NCBI GenBank assembly: GCA_002471845.1
Contig: DKQT01000018.1
Location: 59,807-123,806 of the forward strand
DNA: 64,000 nt
Direction of reading: 5' to 3'
Source of the DNA: Fidelibacterota bacterium UBA7301
Lineage (GTDB): Bacteria > Fidelibacterota > Marinisomatia > Marinisomatales > TCS55
Below are positions 1-9,408 of the stretch, one piece after another. The position numbers were made by a program, and so were the translations under genes. The number at the start of each line of letters is the position of its first letter. The first letter of the stretch is position 1. Below the pieces are notes generated by a model, which ran no database searches, was not told the origin of the DNA, and was given only the letters and a program-made list of their open reading frames with translations.

Positions 1-1242
1 GTGCCCGGTGTTGTGAAAGGGTTAACCAAAGCATTATCTGAGCACGGCTCTCTTTCCAGGATTGCCGTTATGAGTCCCGCCATTGAAATCGCCGATAAGG
101 GACATTCATTGATTCCGGGTGAAGCCATCCGGTTAGCTTTAGTGAATGAACAGTTAAAAGAGTTTGAAGGGTCGCGCCAGCATTTTTTAAACAAAGATGG
201 GTCACCCCTCGTGCCGGGCGAATGGTTCGTTCAAAAAGATTTGGCAAAAGTATTAAAAGCTGTGGCAATAGAAGGTCCGGACGTATTTTATTCCGGTAGG
301 ATTGCAGAAAAACTTGTGGCTGATAACAAAGCCAATGGGGGTGTACTCAGTATGAAAGCAATGGCCGAATACGAAGCTAAAGATTCTCATATTGTTAAAG
401 GCTCCTATCGAGGCAATGAACTCACAGCCTTGTGGATGCCTTCCTTTGGCGCCATTACGATTGAAGCGCTACAAATCTTAGAATCCCTTTCTGATGATCT
501 ATCGGGTAATCAGACGTGGGGTGAAAATGTATTTCACGCTATCGAAGCCGCCTACCTGGATCGCCGGGAACAAAAGTCATTGTCCGATGCAGATCGCCTA
601 ACATCTAAAGATTGGGCCAAAAAGCGAGCGACTGAGGTCCATAATGAACAAGTATTTTTGGATTGGAACTCACTCCCGGAATCCTACACAGCGCCCATGG
701 GGCATACAACCCATCTCACCGTTGTGGATAAAAATGGTATGATCGTTTCCTTAACACAAACGGTAGGCACCATAATGGGTTCTAAAGTAGCCACGCCGGG
801 ATTGGGGTTTGTTTATGCCCAAACGCTGGGCGGATATTTAGGTGAAGTGAAGGGGGGAGATAGAGCGCCGTCCCACATTTCACCCATTATTGTTTCAAAA
901 GATGAAAATCCGATTTTGGCACTAGGTGCCGCAGGCGGTTCTCGGATTCCATCATCCATTGTGGCAGTGATCAGTCGTGTGATTGATCAGGATCAGTCCC
1001 TGGAGAACGCTGTGGCATTGCCGAGAGTCCAGCCCACAAAAGATGGTGTGGATATTGAATTTACCGGTCCAAATGGCTTCACGTTATCAGACAGTACTTA
1101 TTTTGCATCATTGGGTCATATGGTTACTGTCCAGCGCCAAAAAGCGCGGTTCGGCCGCGTTCATGCCGTCATGAAAAGTGAAAATGGTTGGGTTGGTGTG
1201 GCGGATCCCGATTGGGAAGGCAGCGCAGGTTCGCCTAAATAA
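1..1242 (+). CDS. ggt: gamma-glutamyltransferase, C-terminal part (5' end outside window)
   Basis: ORF open at the window edge. The Ntn-hydrolase nucleophile region GHTTHLTVVDKNGMIVSLTQT and the GAAGGSRIPS segment are typical of gamma-glutamyltranspeptidases. Confidence 0.9.
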   Translation: MPGVVKGLTKALSEHGSLSRIAVMSPAIEIADKGHSLIPGEAIRLALVNEQLKEFEGSRQHFLNKDGSPLVPGEWFVQKDLAKVLKAVAIEGPDVFYSGRIAEKLVADNKANGGVLSMKAMAEYEAKDSHIVKGSYRGNELTALWMPSFGAITIEALQILESLSDDLSGNQTWGENVFHAIEAAYLDRREQKSLSDADRLTSKDWAKKRATEVHNEQVFLDWNSLPESYTAPMGHTTHLTVVDKNGMIVSLTQTVGTIMGSKVATPGLGFVYAQTLGGYLGEVKGGDRAPSHISPIIVSKDENPILALGAAGGSRIPSSIVAVISRVIDQDQSLENAVALPRVQPTKDGVDIEFTGPNGFTLSDSTYFASLGHMVTVQRQKARFGRVHAVMKSENGWVGVADPDWEGSAGSPK

Positions 1243-1244
1243 AA

Positions 1245-2279
1245 ATGAAATTATCTTATACCTCTTATCGAGTTCAATGTACCCATCCCTTTGGGATATC
1301 TCGAAGCACCCATGATCACTATGATGTAGTTTATGTCTATTTGGAGCAGGATGGTATCCTGGGTCGAGGAGAGGCTGCCCCTTCAGGGAGGTATAATGAG
1401 TATGCCAGCGATATAATAGGTGTTCTGGATAATGGTATTGTGCTACCCGAATCCATGGATGATCCGATTGCATTCTCTGAAAAAGTTTTGCCTCAATGTA
1501 AAGGCATCAAAGCATTAGAAGTGGCATTCTCAATGGCCATCCTGGATTGGTGGTGTCAAAAGGAAGGAATGCCATTATATCAATATTTAGGCGCGGACCC
1601 CAGTAAAGCCCCTAAAACGTCATTTACCATATCCATTGGGGATATGGATCTCATTCCTGAGAAAGTCAAAGAGGGCGCGCTTTTTCATATCTTGAAGGTG
1701 AAAATCGGTATGGGGATGGAGAAGGATAAGGCCATCATGAATGCCATCCGCCAGGAGACGGATCAGCTGATTCGCGTGGATGCCAACGAAGGGTGGGACC
1801 TTGATACGGGTATTGAAATGTGCGAATGGCTGGCGGACCGCAACGTGGAATTTGTTGAGCAGCCGTTTAAATCCATAAATTTGAAGGACACCGCTGAGCT
1901 AAGGAAGAAATCGCCCTTACCCCTGATCGCCGATGAGAACAGCCTGAATTCTGGCGATATCCCTGGAATTGAAGGTGTGTTTGATGGAATCAATATAAAG
2001 CTCATGAAATGCGGTAGTCTGATCGAAGGGTTAAAGATGGTAAAAATGGCCAGAGAACGGGATATGCAGATCATGTTGGGGTGCATGATCGAATCCTCCG
2101 TGGGCATCACCGCTGCGGCCCATTTATCACCTCTTGTGGACTATGCCGATTTAGATGGGAATCTATTGATAAATAACGATCCTTATCGCGGTGTATTGGT
2201 GGAAGATGGAAAACTGGTTTTACCCCGTGGGAATGGCCTCGGTGTTTCTTTAAATTCTATTGAAGAAAAATTAATATAG
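1245..2279 (+). CDS. dipeptide epimerase (L-Ala-D/L-Glu epimerase type), enolase superfamily
   Basis: 344 aa. Carries the MR/MLE-type motifs KVKIG, RVDANEGW, VEQP, IADE and GCMIES. Starts 2 nt after the ggt stop. Confidence 0.8.
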   Translation: MKLSYTSYRVQCTHPFGISRSTHDHYDVVYVYLEQDGILGRGEAAPSGRYNEYASDIIGVLDNGIVLPESMDDPIAFSEKVLPQCKGIKALEVAFSMAILDWWCQKEGMPLYQYLGADPSKAPKTSFTISIGDMDLIPEKVKEGALFHILKVKIGMGMEKDKAIMNAIRQETDQLIRVDANEGWDLDTGIEMCEWLADRNVEFVEQPFKSINLKDTAELRKKSPLPLIADENSLNSGDIPGIEGVFDGINIKLMKCGSLIEGLKMVKMARERDMQIMLGCMIESSVGITAAAHLSPLVDYADLDGNLLINNDPYRGVLVEDGKLVLPRGNGLGVSLNSIEEKLI

Positions 2280-2282
2280 TAA

Positions 2283-2302
2283 AGACGCATTGCAATGCGT
2301 CT
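2283..2302. promoter_or_regulatory. perfect 20-nt palindrome AGACGCATTGCAATGCGTCT between epimerase and VOC-family gene (hairpin/attenuator or operator)
   Basis: Read directly: the two halves, agacgcattg and caatgcgtct, are exact reverse complements. No downstream T-run, so it is not a classical terminator. Confidence 0.4.
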
Positions 2303-2314
2303 CTACAAAATTAT

Positions 2315-2719
2315 ATGAAAATACTCGGCATAGAACATATCGGTATTGCGGTAAACGACCTGGATACGAATGCGCCTTTTTGGAAGCATATTCTAAACAT
2401 TCAACATCGAAGTACAGAGGTGGTAGAAGATCAGGGTGTTACCACCGATATCTATGATACAGGGCAAGGCAAAGTTGAATTATTAGAAGCTACCGACTCA
2501 GATACGCCTATCGGGAAATTTATTCAAAAAAGAGGTCCTGGTGTACATCATGTATGTTTTGAAGTAGACGATATAACCAAAGCAATAATAGAACTTAAAG
2601 AATCATATATTCAAATTTTATCCGATGAGCCAACTGTTGGGGCAGAAGGGTATAAAGCAGTGTTTATCCACCCCAAAAGTACCGGCGGTGTATTGGTAGA
2701 ACTGGCTGAAAAATTATAA
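2315..2719 (+). CDS. mce: methylmalonyl-CoA epimerase / VOC (glyoxalase-fold) family protein
   Basis: 134 aa. N-terminal IEHIGIAV, central GPGVHHVCFEVDD and C-terminal FIHPKSTGGVLVEL match the pattern of methylmalonyl-CoA epimerases. Confidence 0.7.
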   Translation: MKILGIEHIGIAVNDLDTNAPFWKHILNIQHRSTEVVEDQGVTTDIYDTGQGKVELLEATDSDTPIGKFIQKRGPGVHHVCFEVDDITKAIIELKESYIQILSDEPTVGAEGYKAVFIHPKSTGGVLVELAEKL

Positions 2720-2729
2720 GAAATGGTGT

Positions 2730-2793
2730 GCAATGATGAGCGAAAGTGAATCATTGCTGTACTCGCAAAAATTCAACTTCGTTTCATTTTTGC
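2730..2793. terminator. two tandem hairpins between convergent genes (candidate bidirectional terminators)
   Basis: GCAATGAT-N12-ATCATTGC at 2730-2757 and GCAAAAAT-N13-ATTTTTGC at 2765-2793. They lie between the + gene ending at 2719 and the - gene ending at 2798. Confidence 0.45.
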
Positions 2794-2797
2794 AATC

Positions 2798-4243
2798 CTA
2801 ATGGTTGGCCTCTTCTAATTCATCCACTATCTTAGATATAAATTTCCAAGTCTTTTTCAAATGATCCAATGTGGTGGTAGCCTGCCCCACAGAAATCCTT
2901 ATAACGAACTGATCATTCAATTTCGTGTGTGTCAGATACAGCCGACCGCTTTCATTTAGAGTATGGAGTAATTTTTCATTGAATCCATCCCCGTTTTTGT
3001 GACGGAAGCAGATCAAAATCAGTGGTGCTGACACCATCAGTTCAAACCGCTCATCCGCCTCGATCCAAGATCTTAATTCCTGTGCATTGGCCACGTGACT
3101 ACGGATATATTTCTGCAATCCCACAACACCATAATAATTGATCACGTGCCACAGTTTCAATGCACGGAAGCGCCGGCCTAAGGGAATGCCCCAATCGCGA
3201 TAGTCAAAAACAGCACCCGATTCAGTGCCCTTGTTCTTGAGATATTCCGGTAAAATAGACATGGCATCGATTAGCGTTTTTCTATCTGCGACATAAAACA
3301 CACTGCAGTCGAAATTAGTGAGCATCCATTTATGGGGATTAAATGTGTAGCTGTCCGCGAATTCTATTCCTTTGTGGATAAAACGTAACTCTGGGCATAA
3401 GGCCGCCGGTCCAGCCATGGCCGCATCCACGTGAAGCCAAATATTAAACTCAGCACAGATTTTACCAATTTCGCCAATTGGGTCAAAAGCCGTGCTGGAA
3501 GTAGTCCCGGCGGTGGCACAAACAAAGGCCGGCGTAAATCCATTGGCGATATCAGCTTCGATTAAAGCTCTAAGATGATTGGTACTCATGGCAAAGCTCT
3601 CATCCACATTCACTAGACGAAGGCTGTTTTTACCCATTCCTGCGATCTTTACAGCCTTTTCTATGGAAGAGTGGGCTTGGGTTGAGGTATACACTGTTAG
3701 CTTCCCATTATAGCCTTTTTCATTGATATTACCGTTGGATGCCTTTTCACGGGCAGCGATAAGGGCCACGAGACTAGAAGATGAAGCCGTATCCTGGAGG
3801 ACACCTCCACCGGTGGAGGTGGATTTGAATTTCTTGGGTAAATCCATCATATCCACTAGCCAATCTAAAACGTGGGTTTCCACTTCAGTGCAGGCGGGAC
3901 TAGTGGCCCAGATCATGCCCTGGATGCCCAACCCTGTGGAAATGAGATCGCCTAAAATAGCGGGACCGCTGGTGGCGCAGGGGAAATAGGCGTGGAAATT
4001 GGGGGACTGCCAATGGGTGATTCCCGGCATAAAGGAATCCATATCGGCTAGGATTTCTTCGTAAGACCGCCCTTTTTGCGGTGCTGAATCGGGGAGGTTT
4101 GAGCGGATATCCCCAGGCTGAACTTGAGAGAGGACAGGAAAGTCCTCGATATGGTCATAATAATCGGCAATCCAGTCAATGACTGCATGGCCCTGTTTTC
4201 GAAATTCCTCTGTTGTCATATGGAGGTTTGAGTTTTTATTCAT
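2798..4243 (-). CDS. aromatic-L-amino-acid decarboxylase-like, PLP-dependent group II decarboxylase
   Basis: 481 aa. PLP-lysine motif SYTFNPHKWMLTNFDCS and the HWQSPNFHAYFP region match DDC/tyrosine-decarboxylase-type enzymes. Confidence 0.85.
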   Translation of the reverse strand: MNKNSNLHMTTEEFRKQGHAVIDWIADYYDHIEDFPVLSQVQPGDIRSNLPDSAPQKGRSYEEILADMDSFMPGITHWQSPNFHAYFPCATSGPAILGDLISTGLGIQGMIWATSPACTEVETHVLDWLVDMMDLPKKFKSTSTGGGVLQDTASSSSLVALIAAREKASNGNINEKGYNGKLTVYTSTQAHSSIEKAVKIAGMGKNSLRLVNVDESFAMSTNHLRALIEADIANGFTPAFVCATAGTTSSTAFDPIGEIGKICAEFNIWLHVDAAMAGPAALCPELRFIHKGIEFADSYTFNPHKWMLTNFDCSVFYVADRKTLIDAMSILPEYLKNKGTESGAVFDYRDWGIPLGRRFRALKLWHVINYYGVVGLQKYIRSHVANAQELRSWIEADERFELMVSAPLILICFRHKNGDGFNEKLLHTLNESGRLYLTHTKLNDQFVIRISVGQATTTLDHLKKTWKFISKIVDELEEANH

Positions 4244-4397
4244 TTTATACCGTATTGTTTTACGTTTGTCAGTGTTATAAGTAATAAATCTACTCCAGTA
4301 TATGCATTGTAGGGGTCACAATAATGCGTCCCCTATATCATTATTTTTCTATGAACAAAACAAGGATTTTAACAAGGTAAACACTTTATATTTCAGT

Positions 4398-5336
4398 ATG
4401 GTAACACTAAAAGATATTGAATCGGCCCACGATCGTATTCGCCCATTTATCCATCGCACACCGGTGATGACGAATCAAAATCTAAATATTCTCAGCGGCG
4501 CGTCCCTCTATTTCAAATGTGATAATTTTCAAAAAGCAGGATCATTCAAGATCCGCGGCGCCACTAATATTGTTGAGCAACTTTCTCAAGTTGAATTGGA
4601 TCGAGGCGTGGCCACCACATCATCGGGGAATCATGGTGCGGCCCTATCCATGGCAGTGACCAGGCGAGGCGGTAAAACGAAAGTGGTGATGCCCCACAAT
4701 ACACCCCAGATGAAAGTAAACAATGTGGAGCGCAACGGCGGTGAAGTGGTCTGGTGCGATCCGGATCAGCCATCACGTGAACGTGTTCTAGGGGAATTGG
4801 TGAATAAAACGGGCGCAACGGTTGCGCACCCTTATAACGATGAACGAATCGTAGCGGGTCAGGGTACCGCCGCCAAAGAATTGATAGAAGATTATCCGGA
4901 CTTGGATGTGATCATTTCTCCTGTGAGTGGGGGCGGATTGTTGAGTGGCACTTTACTGGCAGCGAAAGGAATGAAGCCGGAGATAGTGGTGTATGGGGCA
5001 GAACCATCAGAAGCGGATGATGCCTACCGATCCTTGCAAAAAGGGGAAATTGTTGCTAACGAAACCATTGATACGATCTGTGATGGACTGCGAGCCCAGA
5101 TTGGTACCATTACTTTTCCAATTATTCAAAAATATGTGGATAGTATCATTACCGTAACCGAAACGGAGATTATTGAAGCGATGAAAATGGTTTGGGAGCG
5201 TATGAAGATAATCGCCGAACCATCCAGTGTGATCACCCTTGGGGCTTTGTTAAAAAGTAAAGACAGGTTTTCCGGAAAGAAAGTTGGATTAATTCTCTCT
5301 GGTGGGAATGTGGATTTAAATCAATTACCTTGGTAA
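4398..5336 (+). CDS. serine/threonine dehydratase family protein (serine racemase-like, PLP fold type II)
   Basis: Motifs SFKIRGA (PLP Lys), SSGNHG and SGGGLLSG. I prefer the ATG at 4398 (MVTLKDIESAHDRIRPFIHRTPV) because the upstream extension from 4302 has no family counterpart. Confidence 0.8.
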   Translation: MVTLKDIESAHDRIRPFIHRTPVMTNQNLNILSGASLYFKCDNFQKAGSFKIRGATNIVEQLSQVELDRGVATTSSGNHGAALSMAVTRRGGKTKVVMPHNTPQMKVNNVERNGGEVVWCDPDQPSRERVLGELVNKTGATVAHPYNDERIVAGQGTAAKELIEDYPDLDVIISPVSGGGLLSGTLLAAKGMKPEIVVYGAEPSEADDAYRSLQKGEIVANETIDTICDGLRAQIGTITFPIIQKYVDSIITVTETEIIEAMKMVWERMKIIAEPSSVITLGALLKSKDRFSGKKVGLILSGGNVDLNQLPW

Positions 5337-5343
5337 AATAAAA

Positions 5344-6174
5344 ATGAATTATCGATTTGTTGTTTTTTTCTGTTTAGTGGTAAATATATCAGCCCAAACC
5401 CAAGTTGTGGTTCAGGAGGTCATGTTCATGGACGCGCCTTACGTTGGTGAAGTCACAACTACGACCACAAAATATGCTTCCGATGGACTTTTTCGCCAGG
5501 AATCATCCATAGAAGTGGATCGTTTTTTGATTAGAATGGCTATGGGTGGGAATAAAAAACTCGGGAGTGTCTTGGATGGGAAATCAGAATCCCGAATAGT
5601 CTATGATGCAAATGATGAAGAATATGCCATGGAGACATTTAATACCATCCGTGCAAATGATGGGACTCCGACGTTGAAAACTACCATGGGTAGAATGAAC
5701 ATGGGAGGTGGCTCTAGCGAAGGGCGGGAAAATAACAATTCGGATGAAGAAGAGGAAAAATCCGAATACGATCGTACTATTTCTGAATCAATGGAGCGTG
5801 TTGTTGGATTTGATGTACGAAAAGTAACTACAAAGATAAAAAGTAACGATGGGCTTGTGTTAATTGAAGAATGGTTAACCACCGATACAACTTTATTTCA
5901 TTTTGTATCAAAAGTGGAGGTAGATCTAGTGCAATCTTATGGAGGGGAGAAACGCAATACTCCAAGGAGTTTCTCTGAATCTATGTTAACCAGCGCAGAA
6001 CAGGAATTTGAATCCGTTCCAGGTCAGATGGTCAAATATACCATGGAAATGAAGGATGAAGATGATGATGGATTTAAGATGGTTTGGAAATTGAAATCGA
6101 TTACGGAAGTGCCATATAAAGCATCCGATTTTGAAATTTATAAATCATTTAAAAAGGTGGATGAATTAGATTGA
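5344..6174 (+). CDS. hypothetical exported protein, acidic, unknown function
   Basis: 276 aa with an N-terminal signal-like segment (FVVFFCLVVNISAQ) and an acidic low-complexity patch (SDEEEEKSE). No recognisable catalytic motif. Confidence 0.55.
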   Translation: MNYRFVVFFCLVVNISAQTQVVVQEVMFMDAPYVGEVTTTTTKYASDGLFRQESSIEVDRFLIRMAMGGNKKLGSVLDGKSESRIVYDANDEEYAMETFNTIRANDGTPTLKTTMGRMNMGGGSSEGRENNNSDEEEEKSEYDRTISESMERVVGFDVRKVTTKIKSNDGLVLIEEWLTTDTTLFHFVSKVEVDLVQSYGGEKRNTPRSFSESMLTSAEQEFESVPGQMVKYTMEMKDEDDDGFKMVWKLKSITEVPYKASDFEIYKSFKKVDELD

Positions 6175-6465
6175 TGTAACCATCATAATATTCTTTGAAT
6201 TAGTGATGTTGATGCCTTGTGCCCCTTCATCTTGGCCGGTAAAGGAGAGGATAGATTTGTCCATGCTAAAACCTTTTATTACCAAAATATTTTTACCCTC
6301 AATAGATAGGGTTCCACGAATGGAATAGGTTCCTTCCGGTATGTAAATAATATCTACCGGTACAGACAAAATAAATTGGGTTTGGAGCTTTTTCTCGATA
6401 TTAGATACAAAAAGAATCGATACTGAAAAGATTGTGAATGCCGATAATTTAATTAGGTATTTCAT
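6166..6465 (-). CDS. small exported protein resembling only the N-terminus of parallel beta-helix (NosD/pectate-lyase-fold) proteins; possible gene remnant
   Basis: About 99 aa from the ATG at 6465. Signal peptide MKYLIKLSAFTIFSVSILF, then IYIPEGTYSIRGTLSIEGKNILVIKGFSMDKSILSFTG..GINITNSKNI. It ends after about one beta-helix turn and overlaps the convergent gene by 9 nt. Confidence 0.35.
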   Translation of the reverse strand: MKYLIKLSAFTIFSVSILFVSNIEKKLQTQFILSVPVDIIYIPEGTYSIRGTLSIEGKNILVIKGFSMDKSILSFTGQDEGAQGINITNSKNIMMVTSI

Positions 6466-6497
6466 GAATAAATTCCATCGAAATACTACAAGTGTTA

Positions 6498-8324
6498 ATG
6501 ACATTGATTAAGAAAAGCAAAATACAACAGGTCCCCACCAAATCTGGAGTATACTTCTTCAAAGATGAATCCGGAGAGATCATCTATATCGGGAAAGCCA
6601 AAAACTTACGGAACCGGGTACGTTCCTATTTTCAAAGGAGCAAGCATCAGTCGGTAAAGAATATATCAATGATTAAACGGATTACCGATGTAGAATGGCT
6701 GGTTTTGCGGACGGAAGTGGAAGCTCTATTGACCGAAGCCAATCTTATTAAACAACATCAGCCCCATTATAATGTGAGTTTAAGGGATGATAAGTCATTT
6801 CCCTATATCCGGATCACAAAAGAGCCTTATCCTCGTGTATTCATCACCCGAAATATTGTTCGGGATGGATCAAAATATTTTGGACCCTACACCGATGTAC
6901 TTCATTTAAGGCGATCTTTGAAAGCCGTGCATAAAATCTTTCCCGTGCGCAGCTGTGATTACATTATTGATGATGCATTCATCGCGGCGAAAAAGGTGAG
7001 TCTCTGCCTGGATTATCATATCAAGAAATGCCAGGGGCCCTGCGAAGGATTGGTATCCGAAAAGGATTATAATGAAATGATCAAACAGGTAATCCAGTTT
7101 TTGCAGGGACGAACGAAGGAGACGGAAGTTTATATTCATGAACAAATGGAGAGTGCGTCCTCCGAAATGCGGTTCGAAGATGCGGGGATGTACCGTGATC
7201 AGCTCCATGCCATTGGACGCTTCAAGGATCGTCAGCGAAAGGTCACGGCGGATTTCGAAGACAGGGATGTGTTTGCTTTAGCTAAAGAAGAAGATTATGG
7301 GATTGCTGTCATAGTGCGAATCCGTAACGGTCGTATCACCAGCCGCGAAAAAATATCGCTCCGAAATTTAGATGATTCAGACAGCGTTATGATGGAAACG
7401 ATCATCACCCGTTTTTATTTAGAATCGGATTTTATCCCAAAGGAAATATCATTGCCTGTTGAACCGGAAAACCAAGACCAATTGATCCTATGGCTTAAGG
7501 AAAAACGGAATGGTGCGATTCATCTTTTTATGCCCCAAAAAGGTGAGAAAGCTAAGGAAGTCCGTTTGGCCTTTCAAAATGCCAAGCTGCTTTTGGGCGA
7601 GTGGATGATCAATCGGAAAAAGCGTCGTGAACTGGTGCCGAAAATGGTGAATCAACTCCAGGAGGATTTGCAATTGAAAGTCCCACCGCGACGTATTGAA
7701 GCATTCGATATATCCCACTTAGGTGGCACAAATACGGTAGCATCCATGGTTTGTTTCATGGATGGAAAGACGAGAAAAAGTGAATACCGGAAATTTAAAG
7801 TAAAAACCGTGAAGAGTATTGACGATTACGCATCTATGCGGGAGATTGTCCACCGGCGCTATAAACGGGTGAAAGAAGAGGGCATAGGCTTACCTGATCT
7901 TATCCTGATCGATGGGGGAAAGGGACAATTATCCATGGCCGTGTCAGCCTTAAGGGAATTGGGATTAGATTATTTGCCTATTATTGGTTTGGCAAAGCGA
8001 TTGGAAGAAGTATTTGTGCCGGGGCAGTCTGAAGCACAATCCATTCATAAGCAATCACCAGGACTAATTCTACTTCGACGTATTCGCGATGAGGCTCATC
8101 GTTTTGCAATTACATTCCAGCGCAGCAAGCGTAAAGATAGCTTAACATCCATATTTAATGACATTGATGGAATGGGGCCAAAACGAATTCAAAAACTTCT
8201 GCAAGCCTTTGATTCCACTGAAATAATTGCCAATTCAGATCAAACAGAAATTTCCATAAAAACAGGCATCCCGAAAAAGATCGCTGTGGAAATAATCAAA
8301 ACTGCCAAAAAATTAACCAAATAA
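6498..8324 (+). CDS. uvrC: excinuclease ABC subunit C
   Basis: GIY-YIG motif GVYFFKDESGEIIYIGKAKNLRNRV, a UVR region, and a C-terminal endonuclease plus HhH domain (DEAHRFAI, GMGPKRIQKLL). The alternative GTG start is at 6492. Confidence 0.95.
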   Translation: MTLIKKSKIQQVPTKSGVYFFKDESGEIIYIGKAKNLRNRVRSYFQRSKHQSVKNISMIKRITDVEWLVLRTEVEALLTEANLIKQHQPHYNVSLRDDKSFPYIRITKEPYPRVFITRNIVRDGSKYFGPYTDVLHLRRSLKAVHKIFPVRSCDYIIDDAFIAAKKVSLCLDYHIKKCQGPCEGLVSEKDYNEMIKQVIQFLQGRTKETEVYIHEQMESASSEMRFEDAGMYRDQLHAIGRFKDRQRKVTADFEDRDVFALAKEEDYGIAVIVRIRNGRITSREKISLRNLDDSDSVMMETIITRFYLESDFIPKEISLPVEPENQDQLILWLKEKRNGAIHLFMPQKGEKAKEVRLAFQNAKLLLGEWMINRKKRRELVPKMVNQLQEDLQLKVPPRRIEAFDISHLGGTNTVASMVCFMDGKTRKSEYRKFKVKTVKSIDDYASMREIVHRRYKRVKEEGIGLPDLILIDGGKGQLSMAVSALRELGLDYLPIIGLAKRLEEVFVPGQSEAQSIHKQSPGLILLRRIRDEAHRFAITFQRSKRKDSLTSIFNDIDGMGPKRIQKLLQAFDSTEIIANSDQTEISIKTGIPKKIAVEIIKTAKKLTK

Positions 8325-8382
8325 ACTTTTACTTCTTACTTTCAGTAGGAGGAACAAAGCGGGCTTTTTTATTATATCATTA

Positions 8383-9336
8383 TTAAATATTAAATCCTTT
8401 TTCTTTCATCCATTTATCAGAAACAAATTTTCCCATATAGTTGCGAATACCGTCAGCCAGGATGCAGAGGCATTTTTGTCCTTCCTTTAAAGACTTTGCA
8501 GCTTGGAGTCCAGCCCAAACTACAGAACCACTGGAACCGCCGCAGAGGAGGCCCTCTTCTTTAATCAATCGTCGCGCCACATCGAAAGAATCCTGGTCAT
8601 TGATCTTTACATACTGATCCACTATTGAATTATCAAGAACATCAGGGAAAAAGTCATAACCTATACCTTCCACATGGTAAGGATAAATTTCATCACCGCC
8701 ACCAAGAATGGAGCCGTAAGGGTCAGCGCCAACAATTTGAATGTGGGGATTCTTTTCTTTCAGGTTTTTGGCGATGCCCGTGATGGTGCCGCCAGTTCCC
8801 ACACCTACAACAACCATATCCAAATCAGCACCAAAATCATTCCAAATTTCTTCCGCTGTTCCTTCATAGTGGGCGTCAGGGTTATCGGGATTTTCATATT
8901 GATCCAGAATATGGGCATTGGGGATTTCCTGCTGCATGCGCTTGGCCACTTCGATCAAACCGTCTGGATCATCGTGGGCTGCTTCTGTCGGTGTACGCAC
9001 AATTTTAGCCCCTAAAGCGCGGAGGGTGACTTCCTTCTCCATGCTCATTTTTTCAGGCATCACAATGATCATGCGATAACCCTTCACCGCTGCCGCCATG
9101 GCTAGGCCGATCCCTGTATTCCCGGAGGTGGGCTCGATTAATGTATCCCCCGGTTTAATGCGTCCAGAGTTTTCCGCATTTTCAACCATTCGGACGCCGA
9201 TACGGTCTTTGACCGACCCACCAGCATTGAAAAATTCGCATTTTCCATATAAGTCACAATTCAATTCTTTACCGATAGAATTCAGTTTTACAATTGGCGT
9301 ATTTCCTACAGCGCCTAAAATATTATTTAAGATCAT
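8383..9336 (-). CDS. cystathionine beta-synthase-type PLP enzyme (catalytic core only, no heme or Bateman module)
   Basis: Motifs [37 protein letters not shown] and LLCGGSSGS. From memory it is very close to the animal CBS core. The ATG at 9336 is preferred over the TTG at 9363. Confidence 0.85.
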   Translation of the reverse strand: MILNNILGAVGNTPIVKLNSIGKELNCDLYGKCEFFNAGGSVKDRIGVRMVENAENSGRIKPGDTLIEPTSGNTGIGLAMAAAVKGYRMIIVMPEKMSMEKEVTLRALGAKIVRTPTEAAHDDPDGLIEVAKRMQQEIPNAHILDQYENPDNPDAHYEGTAEEIWNDFGADLDMVVVGVGTGGTITGIAKNLKEKNPHIQIVGADPYGSILGGGDEIYPYHVEGIGYDFFPDVLDNSIVDQYVKINDQDSFDVARRLIKEEGLLCGGSSGSVVWAGLQAAKSLKEGQKCLCILADGIRNYMGKFVSDKWMKEKGFNI

Positions 9337-9366
9337 TGGGTTCTTTCTTTCAATCCATTTCAAAAG

Positions 9367-9390
9367 GTAATTTCAATATAATGAAATTAC
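9367..9390. promoter_or_regulatory. 24-nt inverted repeat GTAATTTCA-ATATAA-TGAAATTAC in divergent promoter gap (candidate operator)
   Basis: Perfect 9-bp arms read directly. It is centred in the 72-nt gap between the CBS-type gene (-) and fabG (+). Confidence 0.4.
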
Positions 9391-9408
9391 AGAAATTATG
9401 ATGGAGTT

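Noticed and set aside
1108-1473. 121-aa minus-strand ORF spanning the ggt/epimerase junction.
   Set aside because: It overlaps two well-supported + strand genes and has no recognisable motifs.
2294-4330. Shared 8-mer AATGCGTC in the 2283-2302 palindrome and in the hairpin-like TAGGGGTCACAATAATGCGTCCCCTA at 4311-4336. A second TAGGGG...CCCCTA hairpin at 10252-10277 suggested a repeat family.
   Set aside because: An 8-mer is expected about once per strand in 64 kb by chance. The loop and flank sequences differ, and I found no further copies, so there is no support for a dispersed repeat element.
4302-4397. 32-aa N-terminal extension of the dehydratase ORF.
   Set aside because: The extension (MHCRGHNNASPISLFFYEQNKDF...) lies in the AT-rich divergent promoter gap and has no counterpart in the family. 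The ATG at 4398 gives the canonical N-terminus.
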